From a virus (Duplodnaviria > Caudoviricetes): a DNA stretch of 34,481 bases. Positions 1-8,939 of this stretch are shown here, in pieces. Where the stretch lies: positions 1 through 34,481 of IMG/VR virus record IMGVR_UViG_3300043372_000273; one strand, given 5' to 3'. How positions within the stretch are numbered: the stretch's first letter is position 1; each line of letters opens with the position of its first letter. The notes under the pieces were generated by a model. The model ran no database searches, was not told where the DNA came from, and was given only the letters and a program-made list of their open reading frames with translations. The position numbers and the translations under genes are program-made.

Positions 1-79
1 AAGCATCGCGTGGCCCTGAAAGGTGTTTGTGGAGGGTAACGTGGCCAGTGAATCCTTTTGCACGGTCAAGGGGAGACAG

Positions 80-218
80 CAGGTATGAGCAGACCGGAAA
101 CTGGCGGAAATAGCCGAGAAAGGCCGGAAATATAGGCAACGGAGCCGAAACCTACCAAGACGGAAGGTTTGAGCAATTTCAGCCGCCAAGACGGCATAAT
201 GACACAGGTTTGAGCAAT
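80..218 (+). repeat. Left-end putative transposase-binding sites (L1-L3-like)
   Basis: CAGGTATGAGCAGA at 80-93, AGGTTTGAGCAAT at 165-177 and CAGGTTTGAGCAAT at 205-218; inverted copies occur at the right end. Confidence 0.75.
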
Positions 219-258
219 GGTTGAATAAAAGAAACCGGCTCCGCGTCGGTGGTTGCCT

Positions 259-1074
259 ATGCTAAAATTCAAACCTATTGTCCGCTGGCCTGGAGGAAAG
301 ACCAGGCTCTTGAAATACATCCTGCCGCTCATCCGACCCCACACGACATACGTGGAGGCTTTTGGTGGCGGCATGGCTGTTTTGCTGGCTAAAGAGCGAT
401 CAGAAGGTGAGATCGTGAACGATATAAACAGTGATCTGGTCAACCTCTACAGGTATGCTCAATTTCACATCGACGCGCTGGTCACAGAGGTGGAATGGAC
501 CTTGGCCAGCCGTGAAAATGTGCGTGACCTGGTCAAACAGCCGGGTCTGACCGACCTACAGCGTGCAGCTCGGTTCCTGCTCTTGAACCGCATGAGTTTT
601 GGCGGGGCTGGAACGAGTTTTGCAGTCTCAAAAAGAGGCCAATCGTCGCGAGCCAACGTGCTCGGACTCATGAGGGCGCTGAATAAGCGGTTGGACTGCG
701 TGAGCGTCGAAAATCTGCCCTACGGCAGGCTTATGGATCTCTACGACAGTGCCGCAACGTTTTGGTTTCTAGACCCGCCTTACAGCGCGGGCGAAACGAG
801 CCACTACGGGATGTGGTCAGAGGCTGAAATGCGCGACTTTGTTCAGCGTGTGCTGAAGCTCTCTGGAGACTGGATTGTTACGGTGAATGACTGCGAGGAA
901 AACCGCGCTCTTTTTGCGGGGCATGACATCACTCCGGTCGTGACAAGGTCGCAGTGCTCTAATCAGCGCACGCATGGTGGCAAGAGCTTTGGCGAGATTA
1001 TTATTCGCCGTAGAATCAGCAGCGTTAAAACGAAATCAGCGCGTGATTGCCACGCGCTGCCGTTGGCTGCTTAG
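259..1074 (+). CDS. DNA adenine methyltransferase, Dam/D12 class
   Basis: N-terminal WPGGKT, SAM-binding YVEAFGGG, IVNDIN and catalytic DPPY motifs; ATG 259 preferred over TTG 253. Confidence 0.92.
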   Translation: MLKFKPIVRWPGGKTRLLKYILPLIRPHTTYVEAFGGGMAVLLAKERSEGEIVNDINSDLVNLYRYAQFHIDALVTEVEWTLASRENVRDLVKQPGLTDLQRAARFLLLNRMSFGGAGTSFAVSKRGQSSRANVLGLMRALNKRLDCVSVENLPYGRLMDLYDSAATFWFLDPPYSAGETSHYGMWSEAEMRDFVQRVLKLSGDWIVTVNDCEENRALFAGHDITPVVTRSQCSNQRTHGGKSFGEIIIRRRISSVKTKSARDCHALPLAA

Positions 1075-1598
1075 AAAGGCATGTCGATGCCCTCTGCATC
1101 GTCAGTGCAGGTCTCCTGCACGGGTTTTTCAGGGGGTGTGTTTTTAAGCCGACGCGCCTTGGCCATCTCGGTTGTGCGGCTCTCGACCGTCATGCTCAGT
1201 TTGAGCAGCTCCATGGTCGGTAATTGACGCCAAGATTTGACCACATTGGCCTCACATTTAGCAGCGGCGATTTGGGTCAACCATTCGTCTTTCAGCCCCG
1301 CTTTGGCGGTAGTTTGTTCGATACGCCAGATGATGCGGGCGCGCTTATCCTCTTCGAGGACAATTTCAGGGTTTGCGTCGGCGTAGGCGGCGTCAAAATT
1401 CGCCGGTTCTGCGAGCCATTTGAGCCGGTTAAAAAGGAGTGTTAATTGTCCCTGATTCAGGCTGCTCGTGGAGGCCGATCCGGTGGCCTCTTGAGTGACT
1501 TCACGCCGCTTGTTTTCATCCTTTTTATCCCAGCCTTGAGCTACACAGGCAGCAGGCCAGAGACGGGCATGATAATGGCGGCGTTGAAAGGGTGTCAT
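1071..1598 (-). CDS. Mu GemA/gp16-like protein
   Basis: DENKRREVTQEATGSASTSSLNQGQLTLLFNRL resembles the GemA/DUF1018 pattern; last gene of the early operon. Confidence 0.6.
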   Translation of the reverse strand: MTPFQRRHYHARLWPAACVAQGWDKKDENKRREVTQEATGSASTSSLNQGQLTLLFNRLKWLAEPANFDAAYADANPEIVLEEDKRARIIWRIEQTTAKAGLKDEWLTQIAAAKCEANVVKSWRQLPTMELLKLSMTVESRTTEMAKARRLKNTPPEKPVQETCTDDAEGIDMPF

Positions 1599-2026
1599 AA
1601 GTCCTGTTTGCAGAGGTTTGCAAAGTTAAGAGCTGCGTTTTTTCCGACGTGGATTTCTTCTCCAAAGGAGTTGGTCAAAGACGCGCCTTTGGGGGCTTCC
1701 TGCGGGCGCTGTTTTGGCCGGAAGGTTGGAGAGCCTTTTCGGGCTTCATTGGCGAGGTTGAGATCCTCCTCAAAACGGTCGGGTGATCCGATGAGATTCT
1801 CAAATTTGAGCGCGCCTTCATTGCGCTCGCTTTTGGCGATTTTACCACGCAGATAACTGATGACGATGGCCATCTCTTTTTCGGTCCAGCTCCAATCTGC
1901 GTAGCGACACCACTCTGACCACTGCCGCTCTCGGTTAGGGTTGTAAATGATGGTGTAACCTGTGCGCGCCTGATAGGCGGCATGCAGGGCTTTGACATGG
2001 GCGATAGGGTCGGCGGGGAGTGGCAT
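1595..2026 (-). CDS. Hypothetical early protein
   Basis: Coupled to its neighbours (4-nt overlap with the GemA-like gene); weak resemblance to C-terminal domains of phage replication organisers. Confidence 0.65.
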   Translation of the reverse strand: MPLPADPIAHVKALHAAYQARTGYTIIYNPNRERQWSEWCRYADWSWTEKEMAIVISYLRGKIAKSERNEGALKFENLIGSPDRFEEDLNLANEARKGSPTFRPKQRPQEAPKGASLTNSFGEEIHVGKNAALNFANLCKQDL

Positions 2027-2034
2027 AAATAGGG

Positions 2035-3024
2035 TTAAGCGGCAAGTTTTACATCGCTCAAAAGCAGGGCATTCGCAGCGCGAAAAGCTTCTGCGGGGGT
2101 GTAGTCCCCAGAGGTCATCAGGTCGGCGGCTACCAGGGCGTGTTTTTCGACAGCGCGGCAGGCTCCGCCAGACCTCAGGATCTGGGTGGCGAGTTGGCGC
2201 GTTTCGGCATCGTCAGCACCGGCAGGCAGATGCAGCTTGAGCAGGTTGCTGGCGGTGTCGCTAGGCTTGGCTCTTGGCGTGATTTCATAGGCCACACCGA
2301 CACGGCTTTTGTGCTGCTCATTGGCGCTCCATTGCCGCACGATTTCTTGGTTGCCTACCAGGGCTACCGGGCAGCCTGTTTGGTCATGCCATTCATAGGC
2401 CAGCCAATGGCGGGCATAGGTGCTGATGAGGTGGGCATTATCCACGATCAGGAGGATGCCGCTGCCTTTAAAGGTGCGCTTGATCCATTTGTCCCACGAC
2501 TCGTTTGCGATCCGGCGCTTACTAGGAACCGCGTCGATCACAGCGTCCCGTAAAGCGCGCCAGCCGCTCATGCTGGGGATCGCTGTGACCACGATGCAGC
2601 GCACGTTTTTTCGGGCATAAACTTCCAGCCCTTTGCTCTTGCCTTTACCGGGTGCGCACCACGCCACACCGATGGATTGACTGTGCTGAACGGTATCAAA
2701 GAAATCACGCATCGGCTCCACAAGGAATCCATGATCCATGAGCGTGGTGTTGTGGCTACGTGAATTGAGTTCGGATTCTAGGAGGGCTTTGGTCGCCGAT
2801 TCAAAGGCGGCGGCGTCACCGTTAAAGGTGCCGTTGAAAGCACGATTCACATACGTGCCGTTACTCTTGAGACGTTTGCCAAGCTCGTTTTCAGAGATGC
2901 TGTGACGCTCCTTATAGGCACGCAGCAAGCTGATGATCTCCGCGTCGATCTGGCGCAGAGTGATTTGGGCGCTGTCGTCATTGGCTGCGGCAGCTTTTCC
3001 GGTCAGGTGGGTGTTTTTGCTCAT
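2035..3024 (-). CDS. MuB-like transposition AAA+ ATPase with N-terminal HTH
   Basis: Walker A APGKGKS, Walker B variant LLIVDNAH, ALVGN and SRVG motifs; directly downstream of the transposase. Confidence 0.9.
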   Translation of the reverse strand: MSKNTHLTGKAAAANDDSAQITLRQIDAEIISLLRAYKERHSISENELGKRLKSNGTYVNRAFNGTFNGDAAAFESATKALLESELNSRSHNTTLMDHGFLVEPMRDFFDTVQHSQSIGVAWCAPGKGKSKGLEVYARKNVRCIVVTAIPSMSGWRALRDAVIDAVPSKRRIANESWDKWIKRTFKGSGILLIVDNAHLISTYARHWLAYEWHDQTGCPVALVGNQEIVRQWSANEQHKSRVGVAYEITPRAKPSDTASNLLKLHLPAGADDAETRQLATQILRSGGACRAVEKHALVAADLMTSGDYTPAEAFRAANALLLSDVKLAA

Positions 3025-3047
3025 GATGTAGGGTGTTGGTTTTGGGT

Positions 3048-5087
3048 TTACCAGGTGTCCTCGTCAGAGGACTCTTGGAAAGGGGTAGCGCGGGCCGTAG
3101 CGAGATTGGCTACTGCGCGTTCGGTGAACTCGGCGCGGGCTTCCGTGGTGCTTTTTAGCACCTCCGTGTTGTGGCGATGCATGGCCAGCTTCTTGCGGGT
3201 CTCTTTAGCCTGTCGCATGGCCAGCGGGGCGAGCAGCTCAGACTCGATGTGTGTGGCGCGGCCCATGGCGCGTTCTAGCGCGTCTTTGTCGTTTCGGCTG
3301 TGTCTCTCACAGCGTTTTGCCGTGCCGATGTAGCGGCCTTTAGCATCTTGGACAAAGAGTTGACCCGGTGCAAAGGGGTTGACCGTCGCCTTGTAGGTCT
3401 CGCCATCTTTAAGAGCCATCTCGCGGCCTTCGGCGTCGATGACAATTCCTTCATAGCGGTGTTGACCGGGTCCGAGTTCACGATCCTCAAAGCAGAATTG
3501 GTGAGCGCTGACTTTGCGCTCGCTGGCAAATTCATCACCGAGGATCTTGCAGACCGTTCCACCATGAATGCGGATCAGATCGGCGGCTCCACGGTCCCAG
3601 ACTTCACGGCGGCTCATCTTGCGCGGGCGGGTTTTTACGGTGCCGCTGTGCAGCATGGCGATGATCATTTCTCGTTGGCCATCTGGCAGGAAAAGGAGCT
3701 CGTCCTGCGTGCGCCAGTCGCCCATGATTTGCAGCTCCTGCGTCACGTGACCACACTCGATCCAACCTTGCAGATCATGCTCCGTGTCAGATTCCATGAA
3801 GCCGTAGATACTGCTGAGCACGCCCATGTATTGGCCGATTTCTAAGAGAGGATACTTTAGCAGAGCGGCCTTGTCGGCAGGCAGCTGCTGAGCAGCGGCG
3901 ATCAGGCGCGCATTGTAAGTCAGCAGGCCATGGAGCTGCTCAGGGCGGCGCTGCCGATCAGGGCCGGTTTGTCCTGGGAGATGAGCTTCCAGATTGTGCA
4001 GGAGATTGTTGCTACTTTCCAAAGAGGCTTTGAAATTGGGGTTACCCAGACCACGGCCATTGTATTGACCGGCGTAGGCTGCTTTACCCTGCATGCCGCT
4101 TTGCTCAGTGGTGATGAGTCCACCGCTGGCATCATAGAGAATGCCGCTGAGATCATCCATGAAGTTGGCCGTGCCGTGTTCAGCCAGATTGACGGTGCCG
4201 CGTGGGCTGTAGCCGTCCAGGTAATAGGTCGCGGCGATGACCATGCGCATCATCTTACCTGTGAGGCCGCTCATCTTGCCGTTGTCATCTTCGGTCCGCA
4301 CCTTCGCACCCCAGCGCACTTTGCGTCCTGAGAAGTAGTCATGGCTGAAGAGTTCCAGAGGTCGGCCTGCTTGCTTCTCGGCGAAGGAATTGACGAACAA
4401 GTCATGCCACACGTCATCCCACATATAATGAGACGCCACCCAGCATCCTTCACGGCTGGCTAAGACCATCGGGCGGTGTTTCTTCGCGGCGATCCGGCCT
4501 AGCGTGGCAGCCGTGCGGCGGAATTTGGATGAGTCCACTTTGCGGTAAAGATTGCTCCAGCCGGTTGGGTGTGGTGGTGCCACGCGTGGCAGTGGGCGGC
4601 CTGGGTGCATCTTCATCCAGTGATCCTTCCACGTGCCGTAGCCGGGGATGTGTAATCCCATTGTCCAGTCGGCTTTGAGTCGCTTGAAGACAGCGGCTTT
4701 GCTGCGTCCGTTGAGATCGACCTCACCGTTCAGATGGTCGATGAAGTCCTGAGGCACCTTCGTTGTCGGTGTCCACTCCAGCGCCTGGTCAATCAGGCAG
4801 CGCCAATCTCGCGTCTTGCGCCATTGAGCATACAGCGTGCGTAGCCGACCAGGGCGGCAGCCGCGTTGCGCACCGAGTTGCGCGGCAGCCAGCTCGTAGC
4901 CTTGAGTTAGTGTCGAGGCTTGGCTGATCATGGCAAAGGCCTGCAAGAGCAGTTGGATGCGCACCTGGTTGCGCTCGCTCAGCGCATAGTAGGCAGGCAG
5001 ATCGGTGGCAGGCACCGCACCGGCGAGAGATCTCGGCGCGGTCGTGAGCGTCGATGAGGACAGAGAGAGTGAGCAGTCGAGATCCAT
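3048..5087 (-). CDS. MuA-like DDE-family transposase
   Basis: 679 aa; RNase H-like core YMWDDVWHD...DYFSGRKV...LAEHGT...KASLESSNN; adjacent to the MuB-like gene. Confidence 0.85.
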   Translation of the reverse strand: MDLDCSLSLSSSTLTTAPRSLAGAVPATDLPAYYALSERNQVRIQLLLQAFAMISQASTLTQGYELAAAQLGAQRGCRPGRLRTLYAQWRKTRDWRCLIDQALEWTPTTKVPQDFIDHLNGEVDLNGRSKAAVFKRLKADWTMGLHIPGYGTWKDHWMKMHPGRPLPRVAPPHPTGWSNLYRKVDSSKFRRTAATLGRIAAKKHRPMVLASREGCWVASHYMWDDVWHDLFVNSFAEKQAGRPLELFSHDYFSGRKVRWGAKVRTEDDNGKMSGLTGKMMRMVIAATYYLDGYSPRGTVNLAEHGTANFMDDLSGILYDASGGLITTEQSGMQGKAAYAGQYNGRGLGNPNFKASLESSNNLLHNLEAHLPGQTGPDRQRRPEQLHGLLTYNARLIAAAQQLPADKAALLKYPLLEIGQYMGVLSSIYGFMESDTEHDLQGWIECGHVTQELQIMGDWRTQDELLFLPDGQREMIIAMLHSGTVKTRPRKMSRREVWDRGAADLIRIHGGTVCKILGDEFASERKVSAHQFCFEDRELGPGQHRYEGIVIDAEGREMALKDGETYKATVNPFAPGQLFVQDAKGRYIGTAKRCERHSRNDKDALERAMGRATHIESELLAPLAMRQAKETRKKLAMHRHNTEVLKSTTEARAEFTERAVANLATARATPFQESSDEDTW

Positions 5088-5092
5088 GGTGG

Positions 5093-5302
5093 TTATTTCT
5101 TGGCCTTTGGCTTGATGATCATTCGATCTTGGTTGGTCAGGGTCTTCATGGAGACCGAAGGCGACTCATCGAGCAGCTCGTAGGCATGGTAACCTGTCTC
5201 CCTGACTCGTTGAGATGCATTGAGGATCTGAGTCACCAGCAGCGCCTTCTTGCTGTCACTGATTAAGTATTTAGTGAACTCCACTTCCACGATGGCTTTC
5301 AT
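5093..5302 (-). CDS. Hypothetical early protein
   Basis: Fits tightly in the leftward operon (1-5 nt gaps). Confidence 0.6.
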   Translation of the reverse strand: MKAIVEVEFTKYLISDSKKALLVTQILNASQRVRETGYHAYELLDESPSVSMKTLTNQDRMIIKPKAKK

Positions 5303-5303
5303 T

Positions 5304-6152
5304 TTACGCGCCTCCTTTCTTCACCTTCAGGCTGTCGCGGAGCTTATCCAGAGCCTCTTCCCACGTCACCAGCAAGGCTTCCTTGTCTTGCTTGCGCAGT
5401 TTGAGGAACTCGTTATTGCCAGCGCGGCGGGCAAAGTCCTTGAGCCAAAACTTGGCCAGCCGTTCTTTGTGGTTGTCCTGGATGACTTCGATCTCCTCCT
5501 CCGTTGGTGGCGTCACGTCTTTGAGTGGCACCTCAAAGAGTTCATTCAGACCCCAGTCATCGGCGTGGTCGAGCAGGCTCTGCACGTCTTTTGCAGCCAG
5601 ATTGCACACCTCTTGCAGAGATAGCGGTTGCAGCGGGGTGATGGTGATCAACTCTCCCTTTTTGCTTTTAGCTTTTGGCGCTGCATTGGATTCACTCTCA
5701 GAGAGTTGCGGCGTGGCTTCTGCCTTCCAGCCTAGCCACCATTTACGCAGCTTGTCAGCCAGTTCGGGGCGGTCTTGAGTGCAGCTCAGGAAGTGCGCGC
5801 GGTAGCGGTAGGCGGTGCGCTTGGTGACGTTCAGATGCTGCTCAAGATAGTCCGCTTGGGAACTTCGTGACACCCCTGTCACTAAGTCTAGGTCAGAACG
5901 TTGGCCTTGGGTTTTGCCATACTCTTCTTCGTGCAGATCACAGAGCGTCTGGACCTCAATGCCTGCAAAGAATTTGGCCAGTTTCAGCGCTAAGACGCTG
6001 CCGCGTGCGGCTTCGTGAAAGGCTTTGAAGCGGCTGACACAGGCAGCGGCTTCGGCGTTCCGGTCATTGGCCGTGCTGGGGGTGAAATGGCTCAAGACGT
6101 CGGCCTCATAGGCGGCGAGATCTGTGTCGAGCTGGGTTTTGGATGTAGGCAT
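5304..6152 (-). CDS. DUF3102-like putative DNA-binding protein
   Basis: GQRSDL...YLEQHLNVTKRTAYRYR helix-turn-helix-like motif; position upstream of the transposase is common in Mu-like phages. Confidence 0.55.
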   Translation of the reverse strand: MPTSKTQLDTDLAAYEADVLSHFTPSTANDRNAEAAACVSRFKAFHEAARGSVLALKLAKFFAGIEVQTLCDLHEEEYGKTQGQRSDLDLVTGVSRSSQADYLEQHLNVTKRTAYRYRAHFLSCTQDRPELADKLRKWWLGWKAEATPQLSESESNAAPKAKSKKGELITITPLQPLSLQEVCNLAAKDVQSLLDHADDWGLNELFEVPLKDVTPPTEEEIEVIQDNHKERLAKFWLKDFARRAGNNEFLKLRKQDKEALLVTWEEALDKLRDSLKVKKGGA

Positions 6153-6155
6153 AGA

Positions 6156-6434
6156 CTAGACTTTCAAAAAGGGGATTTCAGGGGTGGTGGCGATGTCGAT
6201 CTGTCTGGCTAGATGCGGGTATTCCGCCGCCATCCAGCGTTAAGCAAAGGCGCGTGCCTCAGCTTTGGTTTGGCTACGCGTGCTGCGTTGTTTGCCATTG
6301 CAGAGGCGCACCGCGAGGTAGCGGCTTTCTTTACGGCGGTAGATGGCGTAGATGCGTAGGCCTCGGCGGAAAGGCTTTGGCTTTGGCTTTTGAAAGCCGA
6401 TCTTGTCAGAGGTGGGTGTGGGGATGTGCTTCAT
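6156..6434 (-). pseudogene. AP2/integrase-arm-like small DNA-binding gene interrupted by an in-frame TAA at 6240-6242
   Basis: MKHIP...RYLAVRLCNGKQRSTRSQTKAEARAFA* continues in frame as RWMAAEYPHLARQIDIATTPEIPFLKV to a TAG at 6156-6158, 3 nt before the next start. Confidence 0.55.
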
Positions 6435-6628
6435 AGGGTGGCTTTGGTCAGGTTGCTGTAATCCCACTCGGCGATCTCGTGGCCTTCTTGGGCGGCGAAG
6501 TGTTCAGCGATCCATTTTTGGGAGCGGCGTGTATCGCGCTGCTGCGGGATGTGAAAGACGACGGCCTGTGTTTCGATGTCGCAGAGGTCGAGACCGTTGT
6601 TAGGTGTGTAGCGGGCGAGGAGAGGCAT
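6431..6628 (-). CDS. Hypothetical early protein
   Basis: ATG start and 4-nt overlap with the next gene of the operon. Confidence 0.6.
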   Translation of the reverse strand: MPLLARYTPNNGLDLCDIETQAVVFHIPQQRDTRRSQKWIAEHFAAQEGHEIAEWDYSNLTKATL

Positions 6629-6646
6629 ACTAGAAAAGCTGAAAGG

Positions 6647-7261
6647 TTAAGAGGCTGACTGCTCAGGGGTGAAGGCGAACACCAGCTTGAATGCTTCATC
6701 GGTCACGACTCGGATGCCGATGAATGACAGGTGATCTTTTAGCGCGCAGTCGCTGAGGGCTTTGACCGCGTCCTTATTAAGCTCAGGCGCTGGCGTGCGG
6801 ATCAGGCCGCGCATCTTGGCGATCACTGCCGCCATCTCGGCTGCGTAGCCGGGGCCAAGATTGGCGGCATTGGCTTCGCTCTGCTCAATGTTGGCTTGCA
6901 GCATGGTGACGGCATCACTCGGAGCCTCCACACGGTCAGAGCTGCGGTATTGCAGCTTATGCTGCATCACGCTGTAGGTCTTTTTACGGGTGCCGCTTTT
7001 TACGGGAAAAAGACGGTCCTTGTGGTTTTCGGCGTAGGCCTGCACAGCGGTAAAGAGGGTCTTGATCTCCTTAGTGAAATCAGCGGTGCCTTCCTCAAAA
7101 GCTTTTTTGGCGGCTTCGATCTTGAGCTGCTGATTAGCCTCAGCGGCATTGATGACGAGCTGCTTGCTGGCGATTTGATAAACGATGTCGCAGAGTTCGC
7201 GGTCGTCTTTGATGGTGAGGCTAGGCGGGGCCTGGGTGGTGTCGATGTCGATGGTGGTCAT
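6647..7261 (-). CDS. gam: Mu Gam-like host-nuclease inhibitor (DNA end protection)
   Basis: Coiled coil followed by AYAENHKDRLF...KKTY...LQYRSS...ELNKDAVK...GIRVVTDEAF, the Gam family pattern. Confidence 0.8.
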   Translation of the reverse strand: MTTIDIDTTQAPPSLTIKDDRELCDIVYQIASKQLVINAAEANQQLKIEAAKKAFEEGTADFTKEIKTLFTAVQAYAENHKDRLFPVKSGTRKKTYSVMQHKLQYRSSDRVEAPSDAVTMLQANIEQSEANAANLGPGYAAEMAAVIAKMRGLIRTPAPELNKDAVKALSDCALKDHLSFIGIRVVTDEAFKLVFAFTPEQSAS

Positions 7262-7296
7262 AAGAAAAGGATGAATGGTGAGGGATGAAGGATGAA

Positions 7297-7545
7297 TCAG
7301 GATTCAGGCGTGAGGTCGGCTGTGAGGACTAGCAGCGGTTGGCGTAGGAACTCGGCAATGACGGCCTCATCGCTGAGGACGCAGCGCACGGTCAGACGCT
7401 CGCCTGGCCAGAGTTTGATCGTGCCGTTGGTATCGCCACAATCCACGCGGCCTTTGTCGATGCAGAGGGGTAACACTTTCGGGAGTGTCATTCGTGCAGG
7501 GTCTGCGCCGCGTGGATGAAAGATGAGGGATTGGCCAACGATCAT
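7297..7545 (-). CDS. Hypothetical early protein
   Basis: Start overlaps the upstream stop; in operon. Confidence 0.55.
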   Translation of the reverse strand: MIVGQSLIFHPRGADPARMTLPKVLPLCIDKGRVDCGDTNGTIKLWPGERLTVRCVLSDEAVIAEFLRQPLLVLTADLTPES

Positions 7546-7742
7546 TAAAGGCGGTCCTCCTTAGTCAGAGGTGGCAGAGTGAGCTGCTGCATCAGGCGGC
7601 GGGTGTGCAGCCGCTTGAATCCCTGCACGCATTGGCGGGGGTCACTCATGAGCATGATCGGCGCACTGCGCACTTCACGCATGTAGCGTCCATGAATGAA
7701 TGACCAAACGATGACGGCGGTGATGATAATTGGCGTGATCAT
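7545..7742 (-). CDS. Small hypothetical protein with hydrophobic N-terminus
   Basis: MITPIIITAVIVWSFI; tight operon spacing. Confidence 0.55.
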   Translation of the reverse strand: MITPIIITAVIVWSFIHGRYMREVRSAPIMLMSDPRQCVQGFKRLHTRRLMQQLTLPPLTKEDRL

Positions 7743-7744
7743 GG

Positions 7745-8011
7745 TTAAGCGGCGGTGTGGGGGCTGAGGTGGCGTGGGGTGAACGGCTTAGCCTGCTGAC
7801 TGGCACGGCGGAGCAGCTCCTGCATGTTTGGTTTCACGGGCGCGAGGTGCAGCTTGGGTCCGCGCGCTGCAGCGGAATGGCCGAGAGCTTGCAGGTTGCT
7901 TGCAGCGGTCTTGACGAATGCGTCAGCCATGTCACGGCTGACACCTTTGGTGATGAGGTCATGGGTGCGCAGGATGCGCGGGCGGATGGTGCTGTGTTGT
8001 GTGGGGTGCAT
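7745..8011 (-). CDS. Hypothetical early protein
   Basis: ATG start; 2-nt gap to the next gene. Confidence 0.6.
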   Translation of the reverse strand: MHPTQHSTIRPRILRTHDLITKGVSRDMADAFVKTAASNLQALGHSAAARGPKLHLAPVKPNMQELLRRASQQAKPFTPRHLSPHTAA

Positions 8012-8078
8012 GTTGGGGAGGTTTGCGGTGGTTTACTGTTGTTGACCGTTGTTGACGGTGGTTTTTCTGAGCCTTTGA

Positions 8079-8528
8079 TTAGGCGCTGAAAAGGTGTAGC
8101 TGATCGGGGTGGTCAGCGGACGGACGGGAAAGGCGCTGTGAGCGGGTCGCCGTCATGGGGATGACGTTGCGCGGGGGTGGCTCCGTGGCCGCGCCTGCGA
8201 GGGCATGGCTGGTCGCTGCATTGAGCAGGCGCTCGCAGAACTTGTGGTGATGAGGAAAGCGCAGGCGGACTGCCTCCATGAGCACAGCTTTGTCACCCCC
8301 CGTGTTGCGGATCAGGAACACCAGGATCGCAGCCGTGGCGATCCTGTAGCGGTGGTGTTGCTCGGTTTGGCTGCGGTGAGCGGCAGCTTCCAGCGCCTCA
8401 ATCTTGTGCATCCTCAGATAGCGTTCCACAGTTTTGCGACCCTGACCCAGCACATAGGCCACGTCGTTAATGGTCAGCTCTTCGGAGCTGATCTCGGCAA
8501 GGCGGTCAATGATGGGATGGGTGGTCAT
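8079..8528 (-). CDS. Excisionase/MerR-like (HTH_17) DNA-binding protein
   Basis: LTINDVAYVLGQGRKTVERYL...RYRIATAAILVFL winged-HTH pattern. Confidence 0.75.
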   Translation of the reverse strand: MTTHPIIDRLAEISSEELTINDVAYVLGQGRKTVERYLRMHKIEALEAAAHRSQTEQHHRYRIATAAILVFLIRNTGGDKAVLMEAVRLRFPHHHKFCERLLNAATSHALAGAATEPPPRNVIPMTATRSQRLSRPSADHPDQLHLFSA

Positions 8529-8545
8529 GAGGGGAATGTGGGAAA

Positions 8546-8731
8546 TCAGCGGGTCAGCAAATCCTGTAGGTGCTGCCAGTCATTGCGGGCCGTTTGACCC
8601 CACCAGCGCGCACTGTTGCGGTCGCCGGTCTTGGCACAGTCAGTGGCGTAGTCGCGGGACAGGGCAAACCGGCTGGCGGCTTTGGCGAGCTGAAGGCGTT
8701 CCTGGACTTTTTTAGACGTGGGAAGATTCAT
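8546..8731 (-). CDS. Hypothetical early protein
   Basis: ATG-initiated 61-aa ORF in the operon. Confidence 0.55.
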   Translation of the reverse strand: MNLPTSKKVQERLQLAKAASRFALSRDYATDCAKTGDRNSARWWGQTARNDWQHLQDLLTR

Positions 8732-8774
8732 GATCAGGCGGCGTGGGCGGTGATGATGAGCGGCCTCATGGGGG

Positions 8775-8939
8775 TTAAGCCGCGTTACGGATGGCTTCCC
8801 TGATTAGCTTGCTCCGATCTGAGTCGCGGCGTCTAACGAGATCATCTAAGCGGGTTATTAATTCAATAGGCAGCCAAACGGAGACCAGTTGAGATCCGGC
8901 TTTAGTGACTGCTCCTCGTTTTCTATTTTGAGTGGACAT
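8775..8939 (-). CDS. Ribbon-helix-helix (CopG/Arc-like) regulator; positional Ner/Cro equivalent
   Basis: LVSVWLPIELITRLDDLVRRRDSDRSKLIREAI is a typical RHH signature; ATG 8939 chosen as start. Confidence 0.82.
   Translation of the reverse strand: MSTQNRKRGAVTKAGSQLVSVWLPIELITRLDDLVRRRDSDRSKLIREAIRNAA

Noticed and set aside
17-66. Target-site duplication
   Set aside because: Flanks do not match for either candidate end pair (AAAGG vs TGATG; CCTTT vs ATTCA). ACGGT vs ACGCT is imperfect and not next to TG/CA.
6240-6242. Stop-codon reassignment or programmed readthrough
   Set aside because: TAA ends many other genes normally; a single nonsense change or read error is simpler.
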